Shown: piece after piece, positions 25,948 through 34,123 of the stretch
Position numbering within the stretch: position 1 is the first letter of the stretch
How the letters are laid out: every line of letters starts with the position of its first letter
From: a virus
Lineage: Duplodnaviria; Caudoviricetes
Strand: one strand, 5' to 3'
Virus record (IMG/VR): IMGVR_UViG_3300002541_000010
Coordinates: 1-34,391 of that record
Length of the DNA: 34,391 nt
The notes under the pieces: generated by a model
What the model was told of the DNA's origin: nothing
The model's input: only the letters and a program-made list of their open reading frames with translations
The model's database searches: none
Position numbers and translations under genes: made by a program

Positions 25948-26697
25948 CTACAGTCCCTTATTTATTAACTTGCGTTCCAGTTCCGCATAATCTTGTGCTG
26001 TATAAGTCCTTTGCGGGAACTGGTTGAATTTATTTGGTGTTTTGGTTTGTTCCTTTGATTCCTCTTTAAGAGAAAAAACTCCCTTCCAACCGTTTAAGAT
26101 AGATTGGTTGATAATTTTAATTTGTGTCGCTTTGTCGGGGGATAATTTATTGAGTTTGGAGATTAGTAAGTCAATTGCTTTTTGTGTCATTGGCGCTTTT
26201 ATTTTTTTGCGATATTCGATGAAGTCAAGAATTGCTTTGTTTAATTCTGGGTCGTCAGAGTATGTATTATCTTTATATATATTCTTTTCATTCTTTACAT
26301 TCTTGTTTGTGTCTTTCAGTGGTCTGTCAGTGGTCTTTTTATGGTCTTTTACTGGTTTTTCTGTGGTTTCTGTTTCTTGGTAAGTGCCGTAATTTACTAT
26401 ATTTATCGTGGTCTTTTTACGGTCTGATTTTTTAACTATCATGCCATCATTTTGTAACTGATTTAAAAACAACCTGACTTTTGATTTACTCCATCCCCAG
26501 CGTTCCATTAATTTAATTTCAGATGTTATTAGGCTGCCACGTTCAACCGTAACCACTTTATCACCGAGTGGAAATTTATTGTCTTTATGATTAGCCATAA
26601 TAATCAGGTCAATCCATGCTTGTCCTTTTGAAAAGGGTTTATCATTCCATACCCAGTTTTCTGTTATACTGCGGTGTAATTTTACCCATCCATCCAC
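25948..26697 (-). CDS. Phage replication initiator / replisome organiser
   Basis: GWVKLHR, AWIDL, ERGSLITS..LMERWGW wHTH; internal iterons; C-terminal FIEYRK..QSILNGWKGVF. Confidence 0.88.
   Translation of the reverse strand: MDGWVKLHRSITENWVWNDKPFSKGQAWIDLIIMANHKDNKFPLGDKVVTVERGSLITSEIKLMERWGWSKSKVRLFLNQLQNDGMIVKKSDRKKTTINIVNYGTYQETETTEKPVKDHKKTTDRPLKDTNKNVKNEKNIYKDNTYSDDPELNKAILDFIEYRKKIKAPMTQKAIDLLISKLNKLSPDKATQIKIINQSILNGWKGVFSLKEESKEQTKTPNKFNQFPQRTYTAQDYAELERKLINKGL
26320..26369. repeat. Five 11-bp-period iterons, probable phage origin
   Basis: TGGTYT at 26320, 26331, 26342, 26353 and 26364; adjacent ATTCTT repeats at 26281-26304. Confidence 0.7.
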
Positions 26698-26701
26698 CGG
26701 A

Positions 26702-27028
26702 TCACCTGCTTTCTATGCTATTTGCCCATTCCCGGTATAATTCAATCCAATGCTCTAAGGGCATGGTAACTAGCCATTCACAGTTATTCTTCCGGTGAAA
26801 TACAGCAGGGAATTTATCGTTTCCTGCATCTCGCTTTGTTTGAGTTATAGCATTATATATGTTTAATCGCTCGACACGTTTGCACTCGATATGTATCCCT
26901 GGGAGACCGACAATATCCTCGCCCTCAATGCCACTGTACTGTTGCCCTCTCCGGCAGTTATAACCGTATTCCCGGAGTTTCTTAGCAAGTTCCCTTTCGC
27001 CTCGCTTGCCTTTCTCTCTGCTGTTCAA
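26702..27028 (-). CDS. Holliday junction resolvase-like PD-(D/E)XK nuclease (108 aa, TTG start revised)
   Basis: NSREKGKRGERE, D....IHIECK, PAVFHR; SD GAAAGGAGG. Confidence 0.85.
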   Translation of the reverse strand: MNSREKGKRGERELAKKLREYGYNCRRGQQYSGIEGEDIVGLPGIHIECKRVERLNIYNAITQTKRDAGNDKFPAVFHRKNNCEWLVTMPLEHWIELYREWANSIESR

Positions 27029-27137
27029 GATATTCCCTCCTTTCCCCGGGACGGTTGCCCGCCCCGGTTTGGATGTCATGGTATGGCTGTGTGATATGTT
27101 ATACTGATGCAACGCCTGATGCGTCAGCGTACTACCT

Positions 27138-27437
27138 TTACATAAACGAAATTCCATATCTTTTGCGGAATGCTTCTCTGTCGCCGTAATGTGCTTCCCA
27201 AATAGCTTGTCCTAATTGTTTAGATAATTTTTCAGCTATCGGGTTTCCGTGTATTCTATCCTCTGGCTTTATGGCAATGTTGTGACATTTATTACATGCT
27301 GGTACTTTTAACCCGTCGGCATCTGCTAATTTTCTAAGACTGTTTCCAAAGATAAGATGATGTTCGCATTCCGCCGGACCTCCACAAAAGAAACATATGT
27401 CGGTGTGTTTTGTTACAATTGACTTCAAATTCCCCAC
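27138..27437 (-). CDS. HNH-like Zn-binding protein
   Basis: CFFCG..ECEHHLIFG..R...GLKVPACNKCH. Confidence 0.75.
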   Translation of the reverse strand: MGNLKSIVTKHTDICFFCGGPAECEHHLIFGNSLRKLADADGLKVPACNKCHNIAIKPEDRIHGNPIAEKLSKQLGQAIWEAHYGDREAFRKRYGISFM

Positions 27438-27964
27438 CTCTCTTTCATCCGCTGGATTTCATCCGGTGGCAGGGTTTCAATACCCAGCTCCTTTGCATCC
27501 GCCACTGTACCATCAATCAGGAGTGACATTTCCTTTGTGTCGTAAGTATGAGAGCCACGATAGACCTTGTAAAATGTCACGTTCCCGTCAAACTTAATAG
27601 GCAGGCAGTGTATGTATTCCTGTTCCCACATAAATTCAGGCGGAGCATTGGTTTTGTAAACCATGATCTCCCCATCCGGGAGAAGTTGAGGTTGTCCGTA
27701 TTTGCATATAAGCATGTTTTTAGCTCTGGCTTTGGATATGGTCAGGACCTCGGCTATTTTGCCGACTAAGACATGGAAATATGCATTGGCGCTTAAACTG
27801 CGCTTCTCCCGGTATGGTTCGATTGAGATTTTTAATTTGTCATGGTTCTTGAGTTTTTCGTATCCATGCAGCAGCATGTCCGTTTCGTTAATAGATAAGG
27901 TTATAAATGTTTCTCCGGTTATGTAGTCATTAGAAATGCCTTTAATCCGTCCTGTGAGTTCCAT
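27425..27964 (-). CDS. NinB/Orf-like recombination accessory protein
   Basis: KRSLSANAYFH and GSHTYDTKEMSLLIDG...AKELGIET motifs. Confidence 0.7.
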   Translation of the reverse strand: MELTGRIKGISNDYITGETFITLSINETDMLLHGYEKLKNHDKLKISIEPYREKRSLSANAYFHVLVGKIAEVLTISKARAKNMLICKYGQPQLLPDGEIMVYKTNAPPEFMWEQEYIHCLPIKFDGNVTFYKVYRGSHTYDTKEMSLLIDGTVADAKELGIETLPPDEIQRMKERWGI

Positions 27965-27972
27965 ATGAGCAC

Positions 27973-28581
27973 CTACTTCATTCCAACCTTTTCAAGTTGT
28001 TTCAACGCTTTTACATACTGCTCCTTAGTAAGCTGCTCAATTGGTATCTTGAATATTTTGGTTTCATCCAGCCCCTTTTTTTGTATCAGATTTCTAAGCA
28101 CCTGTATTTCTGCAGGCGATATTGTCTCTGGCTTGCTTTGCTTTGATTCTTGCATGTTGTACTTAGTTTTATCTCCCTGCCAGTACACATCAGCGCCAAA
28201 ACCTAACTGCTTGCATGCAACTGATATAGCGTCTGTTGTGGCCATCTTGAAACATTCGTCAGATACATATATTCCATTCTTTTCTTTAGCAGCAAACATG
28301 CTGCCTCCGGTTCCGCTAATGGGCATTGACCATTCGCCATTAATCTTGATGTATAACTCAATATCAACAAATGCCGCTATTTCTTCCCCACATTGCTCAA
28401 GCCATTTACGGACTGGTTTATAATACCAACCAATACCACATGGTCCAAATTGCTCTGTAAGGCATTTTATACGCCACATAGGATTAATATCTGTCTTGCC
28501 CTTCATTCGCCCGGCTTCAATTTTTCTCTGAGCGTTTTCGGGCACCTGACGATATTTTTCGTATATATCCATGTTTCCCAT
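27973..28581 (-). CDS. Single-strand annealing protein (Rad52/Sak-like)
   Basis: LTEQFGPCGIGW and KMATTDAISVACKQLGFGADVY motifs. Confidence 0.75.
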   Translation of the reverse strand: MGNMDIYEKYRQVPENAQRKIEAGRMKGKTDINPMWRIKCLTEQFGPCGIGWYYKPVRKWLEQCGEEIAAFVDIELYIKINGEWSMPISGTGGSMFAAKEKNGIYVSDECFKMATTDAISVACKQLGFGADVYWQGDKTKYNMQESKQSKPETISPAEIQVLRNLIQKKGLDETKIFKIPIEQLTKEQYVKALKQLEKVGMK

Positions 28582-28585
28582 ATCA

Positions 28586-29071
28586 TCACCTTATCCTTAA
28601 ACTTTCTGATTGCTCTAAATGAGCAAATGGTAATTCTTTTTCTTTCAAAATCTCTTTCAGTTTTGCATTATCTACTTTTGGCGGTTGAGGTATTAAGAAT
28701 TCTTCTGGTATTTCTTCCGGCTTATCAATTACCAGTTTTGGCGGGTTTTTCTGTATACCGAAATTAAATAGATTGGTTTTAAACTTAACTTTGCCGGTTA
28801 TATACATGGCGTTTTGTAACGCTTCTTTCATGGATTTAATATTGTTTTCAATAGCCGTTTTTCTGTTTGATAGCCGATCGATCTCACTTTTTAGCAATTC
28901 CGCCTTTCCTTCAAGCTCACGAATTATCTTTGCGTACCCGTCGGCTTTTGTTTCAATCTCACCTTCCAATGCTTCCAATGTATCCGCTATTAACTGCTTG
29001 TCCAATTCTTCTGTTTCAGCCATATCTAAGAGTTGTTTGTATTGTCCGGTAAGTTCATATAAGGTTGCCAC
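28586..29071 (-). CDS. Siphovirus Gp157 family protein
   Basis: TLYELT, DTLEAL, K+KT.LF.F.IQKNPP, SESLRIR. Confidence 0.9.
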   Translation of the reverse strand: MATLYELTGQYKQLLDMAETEELDKQLIADTLEALEGEIETKADGYAKIIRELEGKAELLKSEIDRLSNRKTAIENNIKSMKEALQNAMYITGKVKFKTNLFNFGIQKNPPKLVIDKPEEIPEEFLIPQPPKVDNAKLKEILKEKELPFAHLEQSESLRIR

Positions 29072-29184
29072 TTGTCATCTTCCTCCTTTTCTTCTTCGAT
29101 TTCATATCGCTTTCTTAGTCTTTCTCTTCGGGCTTGTTCGGCTTCATATGCCTGGTAAGCGTCGTAATTATCGGGAACATACAC
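29026..29184 (-). CDS. 52-aa hypothetical protein
   Basis: Manual: MYVPDNYDAYQAYEAEQARRERLRKRYEIEEEKEEDDKWQPYMNLPDNTNNS; GTG start with SD AAGGAG. Confidence 0.6.
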   Translation of the reverse strand: MYVPDNYDAYQAYEAEQARRERLRKRYEIEEEKEEDDKWQPYMNLPDNTNNS

Positions 29185-29407
29185 TCGATATCAGCTCCTT
29201 AAGATAACTCTCAGCCATATTAAAACCATAATCCGCTGATTCTAAGCCGGGATTGATTCTTATATACCATGGCATTTCAAGCCCAGCATCGCCTGACGTA
29301 AAATAAAGAATCTCTACACTATGAATTGATTGCTGAAATTGTATGTTATGCCCTTTCTCTTGAGCTTGCATGCAAAGATTTAACAACTCTTGAATTCGTT
29401 CTTGCAT
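29168..29407 (-). CDS. Hypothetical protein (79 aa, start revised to MQERI)
   Basis: SD AAGGAGGT upstream of ATG 29407. Confidence 0.7.
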   Translation of the reverse strand: MQERIQELLNLCMQAQEKGHNIQFQQSIHSVEILYFTSGDAGLEMPWYIRINPGLESADYGFNMAESYLKELISSVCSR

Positions 29408-29477
29408 AATTGACCTCCTTGTTCTATAATCCAAATTGATAGTTAATTACTTATGAGCCATTTCGGAGTTGCCGCTC

Positions 29478-29690
29478 CTATTGGCTCTTTTCTTCTGCCC
29501 ATCTTTGTCCGTCAAAATATGCGTCTATGTACCGGATGCATGGATACTCTATTGCGCAGGCTATTATAAGCCCGCTGTAAAACATCCATTCTGGGATTGC
29601 TCCGTTGGCGGCCATGCCGGTTAAGATGACTATCCCGGCAATACCGCCGAATGCGCCGAGCGTGGCAAGTAGTCGTTTTATGTGTTTCAT
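29478..29690 (-). CDS. Small two-TM membrane protein
   Basis: SD AAGGAGG; two hydrophobic segments. Confidence 0.7.
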   Translation of the reverse strand: MKHIKRLLATLGAFGGIAGIVILTGMAANGAIPEWMFYSGLIIACAIEYPCIRYIDAYFDGQRWAEEKSQ

Positions 29691-29968
29691 GGCTCGTCCT
29701 CCTTTTTATTTTTCCAGAATACGCATTGTATCTTAGGCAGCGACGAAGGATACATATTTATTCCAGGGTAGATACAGTTATTTGCTTGTATTATGCCGCC
29801 ATACTCACCCATATAATCATTGTAAATACATGTACAGCATGTCCTGTTCTTTGGATTGTAAAAGCATTGTTCTTCGTGCTGTCTCATTCTGTATTTAGAA
29901 AATAATACTTTTGGTCTTGCTTTATGGGCCATACAGTATTCACATTGGTAAACGGTTCTTTCTATCAA
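29687..29968 (-). CDS. Cys-rich Zn-finger protein
   Basis: YQCEYC...HEEQCFYNPKNRTCCTC. Confidence 0.72.
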   Translation of the reverse strand: MIERTVYQCEYCMAHKARPKVLFSKYRMRQHEEQCFYNPKNRTCCTCIYNDYMGEYGGIIQANNCIYPGINMYPSSLPKIQCVFWKNKKEDEP

Positions 29969-29982
29969 ATCCCTTCTCCTTC

Positions 29983-30192
29983 CTATTCCTTAATAAAGCT
30001 TACCTTCCCGTCTTCGGAACATTTTTTGCAGAAAATGTGTGTTCCGTAAAGATCTCCGCCATCTTCAAAAATCTCTGAAATATCAACCTGTATTTCTGTC
30101 CCGCATCCGGGGCATTTGGTATATACGTTTTCGTCAGTAATATCAATGGTTATGGAGCATTCGTCTGATATTTTCTGCTTGACATAAAACAC
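29983..30192 (-). CDS. Zn-ribbon protein (69 aa, GTG start revised)
   Basis: SD GGGAGG; ENVYTKCPGCG...FCKKCS. Confidence 0.72.
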   Translation of the reverse strand: MFYVKQKISDECSITIDITDENVYTKCPGCGTEIQVDISEIFEDGGDLYGTHIFCKKCSEDGKVSFIKE

Positions 30193-30208
30193 TATTTGTC
30201 CCTCCCTT

Positions 30209-30946
30209 CTATGCAACATATTTAACCGTGTACTCTTTAACAATCGCAGTAAAGATTTCTTTAAGTCTTGGATCATGTTCAATTACATCCAGTCGCCCGA
30301 AGGCTTCTATAACTTTCTTTGGCGCTCCTGCTTCCTGCAACCTAAATCTGCCGTTATTTACCCGAACAGATAAGTCACAATGTGCGCGTTTTTCCAATTC
30401 GTCATAAAGCCTGTTCCAGGTATTAGCAAATGTTTCACCAGTTGCTTTCTGGATAGCTGATACCTTATGCCTGATATCTTCTCGCCATTCGTCATATTCC
30501 TCGACGATTGCGTCTTTAATAGCTTTGGTTGTGGTCTTTACTTCCTGGATTTCTGCTGCCTGTCGTTTCATTTCGTCTAACATGCCTTGTAAAAATTCAA
30601 GGCCTTTTGATTGTGGCATTATGTACGCGCCGGTTTTGCGTAATGCAGGTAATACTTCTGATGTTACCCAGCGTTTAAAGCGCTTTGCCGTTTCTAATCT
30701 GCTCCCAAACACAAGAGCATACAGACCGCTTTCATTAATTATGGTTAATTCTTGTTTGCCACCAAGGGTGTCGCAATTTGCTACTCCCTTATCTTCTGCA
30801 TCTACGTGTTTACTAATTGCGTCCCTGGGATTTGCATATCCTAAAATTTCTGCTACGTCTTTAGCCACAAACCATGGTTGACCATCTTTAACTAATGTAC
30901 GAACTTGTCCAAATTCGGGATTTTCAAAGATTTTAAGTTCGTTCAT
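30209..30946 (-). CDS. BRO-N domain antirepressor-like protein
   Basis: FENPEFGQVR..PWFVAKDVAEILGY..INESGLY..FKRWVTSEVLP. Confidence 0.92.
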   Translation of the reverse strand: MNELKIFENPEFGQVRTLVKDGQPWFVAKDVAEILGYANPRDAISKHVDAEDKGVANCDTLGGKQELTIINESGLYALVFGSRLETAKRFKRWVTSEVLPALRKTGAYIMPQSKGLEFLQGMLDEMKRQAAEIQEVKTTTKAIKDAIVEEYDEWREDIRHKVSAIQKATGETFANTWNRLYDELEKRAHCDLSVRVNNGRFRLQEAGAPKKVIEAFGRLDVIEHDPRLKEIFTAIVKEYTVKYVA

Positions 30947-30960
30947 TTACATTCACCTTC

Positions 30961-31248
30961 CTAAAATCCAAATATTTTTTCTCGCATTGTCTTTTCTCTT
31001 GGTTTTAATTCTTCTTTTGTCTCGTTTTTATAAAACTGGCTCATTGGTATTCTTTTTATAGCTCCAAGTTTTCCAGTGGCGTATATTTCGCCGGATCTAA
31101 TTTTTAAGTAGATGTTATTTACACTGCAGTTCATAATTTGTGCCAGTTCTTGCGGTGTTACCCATATGTCTTTATAGTTTGAATTGATATGTTCTGTAAG
31201 TCTCGCCACAGTTTTTTCTAACCTTTCGATTCGCTCTTCAATTCCCAT
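30961..31248 (-). CDS. xis: Excisionase-like HTH protein
   Basis: WVTPQELAQIMNCS..IY..IRSGEI.A.KLG..RIP motif. Confidence 0.75.
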   Translation of the reverse strand: MGIEERIERLEKTVARLTEHINSNYKDIWVTPQELAQIMNCSVNNIYLKIRSGEIYATGKLGAIKRIPMSQFYKNETKEELKPREKTMREKIFGF

Positions 31249-31285
31249 ATACTATTCACACTCCTAATTGTCACTTGATGTGACA

Positions 31286-31492
31286 TTATTCATTAAAAAA
31301 AATAGATTGCACGCTTTTGCTGTAGTATTCGGCTATTTTCTTTTTAACTTCGTCTCTTGGAATTCTCTGACCGAGTTCATACATTGTAATAGCCGATAAA
31401 CTTACTCCTATAGCTTCAGCTACTTCCTGTCTGCTTTTGTTTCTTTCTTCCCTTAATTTAGTTAGTAGTTCACCAATTTTTGTTTTATCCAT
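31286..31492 (-). CDS. cro: Cro-like XRE HTH regulator
   Basis: 68-aa HTH_3, divergent from the repressor. Confidence 0.88.
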   Translation of the reverse strand: MDKTKIGELLTKLREERNKSRQEVAEAIGVSLSAITMYELGQRIPRDEVKKKIAEYYSKSVQSIFFNE

Positions 31493-31535
31493 TTCATCCT
31501 CTCCTTTCTGTCACTGTAAGTGACTTTCTGCCTTT

Positions 31536-31564
31536 ATAATATCACTTACTGTGTCATTTGTCAA
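31536..31564 (-). promoter_or_regulatory. Early lytic promoter
   Basis: TTGACA-17 bp-TATTAT with extended TG; overlapped by two operators. Confidence 0.8.
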
Positions 31565-31634
31565 CACTAAAAGTGACAAATAAAATTATGAAAATTTTTG
31601 TCGAAAACTTTTATCACAAATTGTGATTTTATTA

Positions 31635-31663
31635 TTTACAAATATCACTAAATGTGATAATAT
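31635..31663 (+). promoter_or_regulatory. Putative lysogenic (repressor) promoter
   Basis: TTTACA-17 bp-TAATAT with an operator in the spacer. Confidence 0.55.
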
Positions 31664-31684
31664 ATTTTAAGGAGGTGTGTTAAA

Positions 31685-32035
31685 ATGCGTCAGTTTGCTG
31701 AAATACTGGTTGAGCTTAGAAAAGAAGCTAAAATGAGCCAACAAGAATTAGCTGATAAATTAGGTGTGTCAAGAAGCACGATAGGAATGTATGAAAGTGG
31801 TGAACGAGTACCAACAAAAGAAGGAATGGAAGCAATTGCAGATTTGTTTAATGTAGATATGGATTATTTATATGGAAGAACAAATATTAAAAGAGTTTAT
31901 GATTTTGAAAAGCAAAATAAAGTTATATTGGAAGATGTTTATTTTAGTTTTGCAAAAGAATTGCAAGATAAAAAAGTATCCAAAGAAGATTTAGAAAAAA
32001 TGCGGAAGTTCTACGAAATGATAAAAAATTCGTGA
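31685..32035 (+). CDS. cI: CI/ImmR-like repressor (XRE HTH, no S24 peptidase domain)
   Basis: SQQELADKLGVSRSTIGMYESGERVP; SD AAGGAGGT. Confidence 0.9.
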   Translation: MRQFAEILVELRKEAKMSQQELADKLGVSRSTIGMYESGERVPTKEGMEAIADLFNVDMDYLYGRTNIKRVYDFEKQNKVILEDVYFSFAKELQDKKVSKEDLEKMRKFYEMIKNS

Positions 32036-32646
32036 CAGGAGTTGATCACTTGACTATCAAGGGATTTATAAAACCTGAAGCGCTTGAGCAAATCGTGTAT
32101 GATAAATTACACGAAATAGGTATTCGTAAAGAGGATTATCCGATTAATCCTTATGAATTAATAGAAAAAGAAAAGATTATATTACAAGAAGTCCCGCTGG
32201 ACTCACAAGACATTAAAGGTATGATTGTATATGGTCCAAATAAAACAGGCATCCTGATTAACGCCAATAGAAATTATGTGTCGCGTAGATTTATCGCAAT
32301 GCACGAACTTTGCCATTACTGGTTCCATCCAAAGGAAGCAAAAAGGGTTTGTTTTGAAGAATATCAATCAAGGTCAAGGGGTATAGAGTGGCAAGCCAAC
32401 AACGCTGCTGCGTACGCATTAATGCCAAAAGAATTGGTTATTGAATTATACGATCATTACTTTGGAGATATTAATGCCATGGCTGATTGGTTAAAAGTAA
32501 GTGTTGAAAGTTTAAAATATAGAGTAAACGAGTTAAAACTTAAACCAATTAAGAACCCATTTGCATTTACGCAAGTCTCTAATAATTATTTTGTAGATAC
32601 AGAGTTACTGAGCTTAGAAAATCATTGGCTTTATGGCGGTTTGTAA
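32032..32646 (+). CDS. immA: ImmA/IrrE-family metalloprotease (anti-repressor); may start at TTG 32050
   Basis: RRFIAMHELCH and EWQANNAAAYALMP motifs. Confidence 0.9.
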   Translation: MTGVDHLTIKGFIKPEALEQIVYDKLHEIGIRKEDYPINPYELIEKEKIILQEVPLDSQDIKGMIVYGPNKTGILINANRNYVSRRFIAMHELCHYWFHPKEAKRVCFEEYQSRSRGIEWQANNAAAYALMPKELVIELYDHYFGDINAMADWLKVSVESLKYRVNELKLKPIKNPFAFTQVSNNYFVDTELLSLENHWLYGGL

Positions 32647-32660
32647 AGGAGGCTGGCTAA

Positions 32661-33896
32661 ATGGCTATAATAGAAAAAAAGTATGTGTCTAAGAAAACAG
32701 GCAAAGAAATATCAAAATATTACGCTTGTGTTTATAATCCAATGACCGGTAAACATATCTGGGGTAAAGGTAGAGAAAAAAGAAAGGATGCCGTAAAAGA
32801 CGAAGCAGATATACTTGAAGATATTGAAAAGGGAACTACCGAGGCAAAAGGAAAAATGAAATTTAAAGACTTAGCCAAATTATGGTTTGATTCCACCGAA
32901 ACCACATATGCCGAAAGCACTTGGCGTGGGTATAAGGGGTATTACAATGCAAAATTGGCCCCTGTTTTTGATGAAGTATATGTAAATAAAATCACACCTA
33001 CCCACGTTCAGATGTTTAAAAATGAGCTTAGCAAAAAATATAAGCCGGCTACCGTTAATAAAACTCTTAATTTGTTGTCTATGATGATGGATTATGCTAT
33101 TAAACCTCTCCATATAATTAAATATAACCCATGCAAAGATATTAAAAGAGATAAAATTGAAACCCCTGAGCATACAACCTGGGACGAACAGACAATAGGT
33201 TATTTTTTAAATTTAGAAAGCGTTGTTAATTCGGATTATTACGAAATGCTTGTTTTGTCATTTACTACCGGACTACGTCCAGGTGAAGTATGCGGCGTAT
33301 CAACTAAATCTCTTAAGAAGGACAACCTGTTATCTTTGTTTAGAGGATACAATAAATATGGTAACATCACTGATATGAAAACACCGGGAAGCCATAGGCC
33401 GATTGCGTTGGATCCCTTTGTATATAATATTCTAAAGCAAAAATTAGAGAAAAAGAAAAAACAGAAAGAAGAATATACTAAAAAATATTTAAAAGGCAAG
33501 GTTCCAACTCCATATAAGGACAATGACTTTTTATTTACTTATGAAGACGGAACGCCAATAACCCCTAATAGTTATTCGAGAGCATTCCGCAATCTAATAA
33601 GAAACCATAATTCTGAATTAAAGAAAATTGAAGCTGAAAAAGGTAAATTGCCACCAGGTTTATATTATTTGCCACAAGTTCGTTTGTATGACTGCAGACA
33701 TAGTTTTGCCACCAATAATATATTAAGCGGCGAAAACGCAAAAACCGTTGCCGAGATAATGGGGTCAAGGGTTGAAACAATAATGAGAAACTATGTACAC
33801 GTAGGAAGAACAACACATCAAGCAACGTTATCAAAATACTCAGGAAAAATATTTAATTTCAACGAGATAACCGAAAAGAATAACACAGTATCATAG
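32661..33896 (+). CDS. int: Tyrosine integrase
   Basis: TGLRPGE, KT, LYDCRHSFAT and ..IMG....IMRNYVH catalytic motifs; N-terminal arm-binding and SAM-like regions. Confidence 0.95.
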   Translation: MAIIEKKYVSKKTGKEISKYYACVYNPMTGKHIWGKGREKRKDAVKDEADILEDIEKGTTEAKGKMKFKDLAKLWFDSTETTYAESTWRGYKGYYNAKLAPVFDEVYVNKITPTHVQMFKNELSKKYKPATVNKTLNLLSMMMDYAIKPLHIIKYNPCKDIKRDKIETPEHTTWDEQTIGYFLNLESVVNSDYYEMLVLSFTTGLRPGEVCGVSTKSLKKDNLLSLFRGYNKYGNITDMKTPGSHRPIALDPFVYNILKQKLEKKKKQKEEYTKKYLKGKVPTPYKDNDFLFTYEDGTPITPNSYSRAFRNLIRNHNSELKKIEAEKGKLPPGLYYLPQVRLYDCRHSFATNNILSGENAKTVAEIMGSRVETIMRNYVHVGRTTHQATLSKYSGKIFNFNEITEKNNTVS

Positions 33897-33906
33897 ATAA
33901 ATATAT

Positions 33907-33942
33907 AATTCGTTGAAAAATTCGTTGAAATAATCGCTGAAA
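33907..33942. repeat. Three tandem 12-bp repeats, probable integrase arm-type sites
   Basis: AATTCGTTGAAA, AATTCGTTGAAA, TAATCGCTGAAA between int and tRNA. Confidence 0.7.
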
Positions 33943-33951
33943 ACAGACACT

Positions 33952-33990
33952 AAAAAACCACATCCAAAGTTCTGGATGTGGCTTATTTAT
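33952..33990. terminator. Bidirectional terminator between int and tRNA
   Basis: A6-CCACATCCA-AAGTTC-TGGATGTGG-CTTATTT. Confidence 0.75.
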
Positions 33991-34008
33991 TTACTTTTTA
34001 AGAGATAA

Positions 34009-34080
34009 CAGCTCGTAGGGGAATCGAACCCCTGTTTCCGCCGTGAGAGGGCGGCGTCTTGACCGCTTGACCAACGAGCC
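34009..34080 (-). tRNA. tRNA-Glu(CTC), integration target; CCA not encoded
   Basis: GGCTCGT-TG-GTCAAGCGGTCAAGAC-G-CCGCC-CTCTCAC-GGCGG-AAAC-AGGGG-TTCGATT-CCCCT-ACGAGCT-G. Confidence 0.97.
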
Positions 34081-34094
34081 ACGGAACAATATTT

Positions 34095-34123
34095 ATATTA
34101 TACTATTCCGTTATAAAATGCAA
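34095..34123 (-). promoter_or_regulatory. Host sigma-A promoter of tRNA-Glu
   Basis: TTGCAT-17 bp-TAATAT with A-rich UP element. Confidence 0.65.

Larger units (their letters stand above)
31269..31659. promoter_or_regulatory. Six palindromic operators TCAC-N5-GTGA
   Basis: Copies at 31269-31285, 31510-31524, 31541-31555, 31563-31577, 31613-31627 and 31643-31659. Confidence 0.85.
1..34008. mobile_element. Temperate siphovirus prophage (A118-like head-tail module) integrated at the 3' end of tRNA-Glu; left end outside window
   Basis: Canonical order int-immA-cI / cro-xis-replication-late activator-terminase-portal-capsid-tail-holin-lysin; integrase ends about 110 bp from the tRNA 3' end. Exact att core cannot be fixed without the other end. 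Confidence 0.96.

Noticed and set aside
27029-27157. 43-aa N-terminal extension of the resolvase in the ORF track
   Set aside because: Strong SD before TTG 27028, and the family-typical N-terminus starts there.
284-30881. Many + strand ORFs in the track (e.g. 286-606, 4581-4961, 7278-7772, 11170-11904, 21885-22475, 27965-28423)
   Set aside because: Antisense shadows of well-supported minus-strand genes, with no recognisable motifs; only 2429-2623 has its own promoter and SD.
32732-33834. Minus-strand ORFs within the integrase
   Set aside because: Shadow frames with no independent support.
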